Shown here: positions 58,357 through 64,000 of the stretch, piece after piece
Position numbering within the stretch: the first letter of the stretch is position 1
Layout of the letters: each line of letters opens with the position of its first letter
Assembly: GCA_965112635.1 (NCBI GenBank)
Contig: OZ218778.1
Coordinates: 1,216,001 to 1,280,000 of the forward strand
Source: an uncultured bacterium
GTDB lineage: Bacteria > Oederibacteriota > Oederibacteriia > Oederibacteriales > Oederibacteriaceae
Length of the DNA: 64,000 nt
Reading direction: 5' to 3'
Translations under genes and position numbers: made by a program
Notes under the pieces: generated by a model
The model's input: the letters and a program-made list of their open reading frames with translations, nothing else
The model's database searches: none
Told to the model about the DNA's origin: nothing

Positions 58357-59766
58357 ATGTTCCTGGAAAAGATAGCCAAACAAAAGAAAAAAGAGGTCAG
58401 GGCCGCTAAAAAACAAAAGCCCCTGGCCCAGCTCCAGGAGGAGGTGCGGCAGGCTCCTCCGGTGCGGCCCTTTTTGGCCGGCCTCAAGAACAGCCCCTAT
58501 TTCCCCCTTATCGCCGAGATAAAAAAAGCTTCGCCTTCCAAAGGCCCCTTAAACCCCAATCTGGACGTCGTCAACCTGGCTAAAACCTACGAGCAGGGAG
58601 GGGCTGCGGCCCTTTCCGTCCTGACCGAGGAGAAATTCTTCGGGGGCAGCCTGGCTGACCTGGCCAACTGCCGGCAGGCGGTCAGCCTGCCTGTCCTGCG
58701 CAAGGACTTTATGGTCGACGCCTACCAGATCTGGGAGTCCCGGGCCGGCGGAGCCGACGCGGTCCTGCTCATCGCCGACCTTTTGGCCCAGGAAGAGCTG
58801 GAGAAGTTCTACAGCCTCAGCCATGAGTTGGGCATGGAGGCTCTGGTGGAGGTCCATGGCAAACTGGACCTCAAAAAGGCCCTGGCCCTCAACCCCGGCC
58901 TGCTGGGCATCAACAACCGCGACCTGAAAACTTTCAAGACCAAGCTAAAAAATTCTTTTCAGCTCATCCCCGAGATCCCGGGGGAGATCTTCACCATCAG
59001 CGAGAGCGGTATCTTTACCTACGACGACCTGATGGCCTTGAAGTCCCGCGGCCTGAAGGGAGCGCTCGTCGGCGAAAGTCTGGTGACCAGCCCTGACCCG
59101 GCCCTAAAACTGGACCAGCTGCTGGGCAAGAGGCCGTCGCCGCTGGCCGACACTTTCCTCATCAAGATCTGCGGCATCACCAGCCTCAAGGACGCCCGAT
59201 TGGCGGTGGAGGCCGGAGCCAACGCCCTGGGGTTCAATTTTTACCCCAGGAGCCCGCGCTACATCACGCCGGAGGCGGCCAGCTCCATCGTCAAGGGCCT
59301 GCCGGGGCACGTGCGCAAAGTCGGGGTGTTCGTGGACGCGCCCGCGCCCGAGGTGCGCTATATCGCCGGCCTTTGCCAGCTGGACACCCTGCAGTTCCAC
59401 GGGCAGGAGAGCGAGACCTATTGCGGGAGCTTTGAGCAGGAAGTCATCAAGGCGTTCAGGGTGAGGGGAGAGAAAGACATCAAGCAGGCTTATACCTATA
59501 CCGCGGACGCGTTCCTGCTGGATAACTTCAGCGAGGAGCTGCCCGGCGGGACGGGCAGGGTCTTTAATTGGACCCTGCTCAAGCAGGCCAGGCGGCCTTT
59601 TATCCTGGCCGGAGGGCTGAACCCGGAGAACATCCGGGAGGCCATCCAGACCTGCCGTCCCAACGGCGTGGACGCGTGCAGCGGGGTCGAGGAAGCACCA
59701 GGCAGGAAAAGCCCAAAAAAATTAGTAAAATTCGTGCAACAGGCCAGGAAAGCACTGAATCATTAA
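58357..59766 (+). CDS. trpCF: Bifunctional indole-3-glycerol-phosphate synthase / phosphoribosylanthranilate isomerase
   Basis: TrpC: IAEIKKASPSKG, LRKDF, GINNRDL, SESGI; TrpF: IKICGIT, LQFHG, GGTG..F.W, LAGGL.PEN, DACSGVE. Confidence 0.95.
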   Translation: MFLEKIAKQKKKEVRAAKKQKPLAQLQEEVRQAPPVRPFLAGLKNSPYFPLIAEIKKASPSKGPLNPNLDVVNLAKTYEQGGAAALSVLTEEKFFGGSLADLANCRQAVSLPVLRKDFMVDAYQIWESRAGGADAVLLIADLLAQEELEKFYSLSHELGMEALVEVHGKLDLKKALALNPGLLGINNRDLKTFKTKLKNSFQLIPEIPGEIFTISESGIFTYDDLMALKSRGLKGALVGESLVTSPDPALKLDQLLGKRPSPLADTFLIKICGITSLKDARLAVEAGANALGFNFYPRSPRYITPEAASSIVKGLPGHVRKVGVFVDAPAPEVRYIAGLCQLDTLQFHGQESETYCGSFEQEVIKAFRVRGEKDIKQAYTYTADAFLLDNFSEELPGGTGRVFNWTLLKQARRPFILAGGLNPENIREAIQTCRPNGVDACSGVEEAPGRKSPKKLVKFVQQARKALNH

Positions 59767-59816
59767 AAAAGTTGTCGTTCATGCAATAATTAAACTTAAC
59801 AGGGAGGGTAACAGTC

Positions 59817-60035
59817 ATGGCTGATTTGAAACGGTTCCGGGTGGGGATCGAATGGAAGATGTACGGGTATTGTTACTCGGAGGCCAAGGACGAGAAGGAG
59901 GCGCTTTTGCTGGTGCAGGGTATGCTCAAAGACCCTAAAACCAAGTATCCAGATAATGCTAAATTTGTACCGAACAGCGCCATCATAGACCATCTTTCCA
60001 TCAAGGAAGTCAACAAGGGTGAAGCAAGCCGTTGA
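59817..60035 (+). CDS. Small hypothetical protein (72 aa)
   Basis: RBS GGGAGGG then ATG; fills the trpCF-trpB gap; preceded by AT-rich spacer. Confidence 0.65.
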   Translation: MADLKRFRVGIEWKMYGYCYSEAKDEKEALLLVQGMLKDPKTKYPDNAKFVPNSAIIDHLSIKEVNKGEASR

Positions 60036-60051
60036 GGATGAAAGAGGAAGA

Positions 60052-61263
60052 ATGAGCAGCTTAAAACAAAGACTATTGCCTGACAAAAAAGGGCATTTTG
60101 GGCTTTATGGCGGCAAGTTCGTGCCGGAAACCCTGATGCCGGCCCTGTTGGAACTGGAAAGGGCCTACGAGGCAGCCCAAAAAGACCTCTCCTTTAAAAA
60201 GGAGCTCGGGTTTTACCTCAAACATTACGTGGGCCGGCCGTCGCCCCTTTACCTGGCCAGGCATCTCTCTGTAGCATTGGGCGGGGCGAAGATCTACCTC
60301 AAGCGCGAAGATTTGAACCACACTGGCGCGCACAAGATAAACAACACCCTGGGCCAGGTCCTGCTGGCCCGGAGGATGGGCAAAAAACGGGTCATTGCCG
60401 AGACCGGAGCGGGCCAGCACGGGGTGGCCACGGCCACGGTGGCGGCTCTCTTTGGTATGGAATGCGAGGTCTTTATGGGCGAGGAAGACTGCCAGAGGCA
60501 GGCCCTCAATGTTTACCGCATGCAGCTTTTGGGCGCCAAGGTCACTCCGGTGATCTCGGGCTCCAAAACCCTCAAAGACGCGATGAATGAGACCATCCGC
60601 GACTGGGTGACCAATGTCCGCACCACCTTTTATATCATCGGCTCCACGGCCGGGCCGCATCCCTATCCGATGATGGTCAGGGATTTTCAAAAGGTCATCG
60701 GCGAGGAGTCCAGAAAACAGATCATAGAACTCGAGCGCAGGATGCCGGACCATCTGGTGGCCTGCGTGGGCGGGGGCAGTAATGCCATGGGATTGTTTTA
60801 TCCTTTTCTTGGAACCAAAGCCAGGATGACCGGGGTGGAGGCGGCCGGGCTGGGCCTGTTGAGCGGGAAACACGCGGCCACCATCAGCAAAGGCCGGCCG
60901 GGCATCCTGCACGGCAGCCTGAGCTACCTTTTGCAGGACAAGGACGGCCAGGTGCAGATCGCGCACTCGGTCTCGGCAGGCCTGGATTACCCAGGTGTGG
61001 GTCCGGAGCACAGCTACCTCCATGACATCGGCCGGGTCCAATACACTTCGGCCACAGACAAGGAAGCGGTGGAGGCTTTTCATCTGCTCAACCATACCGA
61101 AGGCATCATGCCGGCTCTGGAAAGCGCTCATGCCTTGGCTTATGTCAAGAAGCTGGCGCCCAGGCTGGCAAAGGACAGGGTCATCATCGTCAACCTGTCC
61201 GGCAGGGGCGACAAGGATATAGAGACGGTCAAGAAATACGGATCCATGGGGAGACATTCATAG
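60052..61263 (+). CDS. trpB: Tryptophan synthase beta chain
   Basis: [50 protein letters not shown]; ATG 60052 after GAGG. Confidence 0.97.
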   Translation: MSSLKQRLLPDKKGHFGLYGGKFVPETLMPALLELERAYEAAQKDLSFKKELGFYLKHYVGRPSPLYLARHLSVALGGAKIYLKREDLNHTGAHKINNTLGQVLLARRMGKKRVIAETGAGQHGVATATVAALFGMECEVFMGEEDCQRQALNVYRMQLLGAKVTPVISGSKTLKDAMNETIRDWVTNVRTTFYIIGSTAGPHPYPMMVRDFQKVIGEESRKQIIELERRMPDHLVACVGGGSNAMGLFYPFLGTKARMTGVEAAGLGLLSGKHAATISKGRPGILHGSLSYLLQDKDGQVQIAHSVSAGLDYPGVGPEHSYLHDIGRVQYTSATDKEAVEAFHLLNHTEGIMPALESAHALAYVKKLAPRLAKDRVIIVNLSGRGDKDIETVKKYGSMGRHS

Positions 61264-61265
61264 CC

Positions 61266-62093
61266 ATGAGGATTTTTCGGCCATCCCACAACCGTTTGGA
61301 ACGGACCTTGCACACCTTAAAACAGCAGGCGAGGAAGTCTTTTGTGCCTTATGTGACCGCGGGCCATCCTGACGCGGCCAGCACCAAAAAAATCGTGCTG
61401 GCTTTGGAGCAGGCAGGCGCGGACGCGGTGGAGCTGGGCATTCCTTTTTCAGACCCCATGGCGGACGGCAAGACCATCCAGGCCTCTTCCCAAAAGGCTT
61501 TGGCAGGCGGTATGACCCTGGCCAAGGCCCTTAAACTCGTCAGGGAACTGAGGAAAAAGACCCAAATACCCCTTGTTTTTATGACCTATTACAACGTGGT
61601 TTACCAGTTCGGCTTAAAGGCTTTTTGCCGGCAGGCGGCTAAAGCCGGGGTGGACGGGGTCATTGTGCCTGACCTGCCGGTGGAGGAGTCCGGGCCCCTG
61701 GGTCAGGAGTGCAACCGCAATAAATTGTGCCTCGTATTCCTGCTGGCTCCCACGAGTTCCAAAGAGCGGATGAAACTGATCACCCACAAGAGCCGGGGGT
61801 TTGTCTACTATGTTTCCCTGACGGGCATCACCGGTGTGCGCAAGGCCCTGCCTAAAGACCTCAGGGATAAAATAAAACTGCTGGATAAACTCACGGCCAA
61901 GCCCGTGCTGGTGGGGTTCGGCATTGCCGAGCCGGCACAGGCCCGGCAGGTGGCCCAGTTCGCCGACGGGGTCATCGTGGGAAGCGCCCTGGTCAGCCTC
62001 ATTGACCAGCACGCCGGAAAAGCCAGCCTGATCCCGGCCGTTAAAAGATTCAGCGCCAGCCTGGCCCGCGCCGTTCATTCAGCCGACCGGTAA
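61266..62093 (+). CDS. trpA: Tryptophan synthase alpha chain
   Basis: ELGIPFSDPMADG, MTYYN, PDLPVEE, SLTGITG, VGFGI, GVIVGSA. Confidence 0.97.
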   Translation: MRIFRPSHNRLERTLHTLKQQARKSFVPYVTAGHPDAASTKKIVLALEQAGADAVELGIPFSDPMADGKTIQASSQKALAGGMTLAKALKLVRELRKKTQIPLVFMTYYNVVYQFGLKAFCRQAAKAGVDGVIVPDLPVEESGPLGQECNRNKLCLVFLLAPTSSKERMKLITHKSRGFVYYVSLTGITGVRKALPKDLRDKIKLLDKLTAKPVLVGFGIAEPAQARQVAQFADGVIVGSALVSLIDQHAGKASLIPAVKRFSASLARAVHSADR

Positions 62094-62111
62094 GAGAATA
62101 GGAAAACCTTT

Positions 62112-63842
62112 ATGCTCAGAGAGTTACATGTCAAAGATTTCGCCCTCATCGACAAGCTGGACCTCGAGTGGGACCAGGGTTTCACGGTCCTGACCGGAGA
62201 GACCGGAGCCGGCAAGTCCATCCTGCTGGGAGCCGTGGGGCTGGCTTTGGGCGACCGGGCCTCCCTGGAGGACATTCGCACTGGGTGCGAAGCAGCCGTG
62301 GTTACGGCCCTGTTCGACATCAGGGAACAGGAATGGCTCAAGGACAAGCTAAGAGCCATGGACCTGGACCCGGCCAGCGGCGAGCTGCTGCTCAAAAGGG
62401 AAATCCAGAGGAACGGACGCAGCCGGTGCTGGATCAACGGCGAAACCGTGACACAGAACATGCTCCAGGCCGTGGGCGAGCACCTCGTGGACATGCACGG
62501 TCAGCACGAGCACCAGTCTTTGCTGGACCTGGCGACCCAGAGGACCCTGCTGGACCAGTTCGCCAAGGCCGGCGACAGGGCGGCCAAGGTGGCCAAAGCT
62601 TACGGGGAATATCTGGATATCCAGCGGACCCGGCAAGCCCTGGTGGGCGACCCCAGCTTGAGAGCCCAAAAAATAGACCTCCTGCAATTCCAGGTGCAGG
62701 AACTCACTGAAGCCCGCCTTAAACCCAAAGAAGACGAGACCCTGCACAACGAGTACACTCTGCTCAGCCAGGCCGACAAGCTTTTCAGCGCCAGCCAGAA
62801 TGCCTACCAAAAAATAGAGGAAGGCCCGGCCGGAAGCGCGGTGGCCGCTGAATTGTTGGGTGAAGCCATCGCCAGCCTGGATGAGGCGGCCAAGCTGGAT
62901 GTCGCGCTTTTGCCCTATCTAAAAGACGCCAAATCATTACAGGAACAGACGCAGGAGCTGGGGCTCAAACTCAGGCAATATGCCGAAAACATAGAGTTTA
63001 ACCCTGAAAAACTGGCTGAAATCTCCAGCCGCCTGGACCTGATCAACCGGCTCAAGAAAAAATACGGGCCAAGTTTAGAACAGGCCATGGAGTTCAAGGA
63101 AAGAGCCAGCAAAGAGCTGGATATGCTCTCCGGGAGCGAGGAAAAACTGAAGGAATTGGCTGAGCAGGAAAAGAAAGTCCTGAAAGTTTTAGGTCAGGAA
63201 GCTCAGGCTTTGTCGCAGGCCCGCAAAAAAGGCGGGCAGGAACTCAGGACGAGAATACAAAAAGAGCTGGCTGAGCTGGCCATGCCGGGAGTCAGGTTTG
63301 AGGTCAAATGCGAGTGGCAGGAAGACCCCAACGGCATCCTGGAAATACAGGGAAATAAATATGTGTGCGACGCTAACGGTTTAGATCAGGTGGAGTTTTT
63401 AATAGCTCCCAATGCCGGGGAAGAATTGAAACCCCTAATCAAGATAGCTTCAGGTGGAGAAATATCACGGGTCATGCTGGCCATGAAAGCCATCCTGGCG
63501 CCTCTGGATCAGGTAGCCACCATGATCTTTGATGAGGTGGATACGGGCATCGGAGGCAGGGTGGCCGAGGTGGTGGGCAAAAAGATCGCTGAGGTGGCTC
63601 GGAGCCGCCAGGTCATCTGTATCACCCATTTGCCCCAGATCGCCAGCCTGGGACAGACCCACTTTTTTGTATCCAAGGAAACTGTAGCGGGCCGCACAGC
63701 CACACGCGTGGAACTGCTCTCTGAACCGGAGCGCGTCAAGGAAATCGCCCGCATGCTCGGCGGCGAAAAAATAACCGACACCGCCCTGCAGCATGCCAAA
63801 GAGATGATGGGCAAGAGCACGACAAGCAAGGGGATTGCTTGA
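62112..63842 (+). CDS. recN: DNA repair protein RecN
   Basis: LTGETGAGKS, HGQHEHQ, coiled coil, ASGGEISR, FDEVDTG, ITHLPQ, EIARMLGG. Confidence 0.96.
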   Translation: MLRELHVKDFALIDKLDLEWDQGFTVLTGETGAGKSILLGAVGLALGDRASLEDIRTGCEAAVVTALFDIREQEWLKDKLRAMDLDPASGELLLKREIQRNGRSRCWINGETVTQNMLQAVGEHLVDMHGQHEHQSLLDLATQRTLLDQFAKAGDRAAKVAKAYGEYLDIQRTRQALVGDPSLRAQKIDLLQFQVQELTEARLKPKEDETLHNEYTLLSQADKLFSASQNAYQKIEEGPAGSAVAAELLGEAIASLDEAAKLDVALLPYLKDAKSLQEQTQELGLKLRQYAENIEFNPEKLAEISSRLDLINRLKKKYGPSLEQAMEFKERASKELDMLSGSEEKLKELAEQEKKVLKVLGQEAQALSQARKKGGQELRTRIQKELAELAMPGVRFEVKCEWQEDPNGILEIQGNKYVCDANGLDQVEFLIAPNAGEELKPLIKIASGGEISRVMLAMKAILAPLDQVATMIFDEVDTGIGGRVAEVVGKKIAEVARSRQVICITHLPQIASLGQTHFFVSKETVAGRTATRVELLSEPERVKEIARMLGGEKITDTALQHAKEMMGKSTTSKGIA

Positions 63843-64000
63843 TGGATAAAAAGGGCAAAGAGGCTATCCAAACCTTTCAAGTAAAAAATCTAGGGATTGT
63901 TCTTGGATTAATATTTCCGTGTTTGACTGGCTATGGATTTTTTATAGATTTTAGAGATAAATATTTTTTAGTTCAGTCTTCATTTCAAAGTGGAACATTA

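Noticed and set aside
63843-64000. AT-rich terminal stretch as island boundary
   Set aside because: Too little sequence before the window edge; no att site, tRNA or repeat visible.

Overview
A 64-kb, mostly + strand, moderately GC-rich bacterial chromosomal window from a diderm organism (beta-barrel and lipoprotein genes present; taxon cannot be fixed from sequence alone). It carries housekeeping genes (ctpA-type protease, engB, tsaD, pdxA, ald, hisG, rsmA, ruvX, mltG, transaldolase, lpdA, trxA, ROK kinase, recN), one complete IS3-family element (2801-4062), c-di-GMP/type IV pilus genes (multi-GAF HD-GYP, PilZ, two PilT), a fused SBP-permease sugar ABC system, and Thr-rich secreted proteins, two with T9SS-CTD-like tails and one of these next to a PorV-like barrel. 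The standout feature is a hybrid histidine+tryptophan biosynthesis operon (hisD-C-B-H-A-F-I-trpE-[2 unrelated genes]-trpG-D-CF-[small ORF]-trpB-A). It is preceded by a sigma70-like promoter, an unannotated 23-codon leader peptide containing Trp-His-Trp-His, and mutually exclusive 1:2 / 2:3 / 3:4 hairpins, i.e. an apparent dual His/Trp ribosome-mediated attenuator. Three genes carry single-base frameshifts (possibly sequencing errors). No rRNA, tRNA or CRISPR array was seen.
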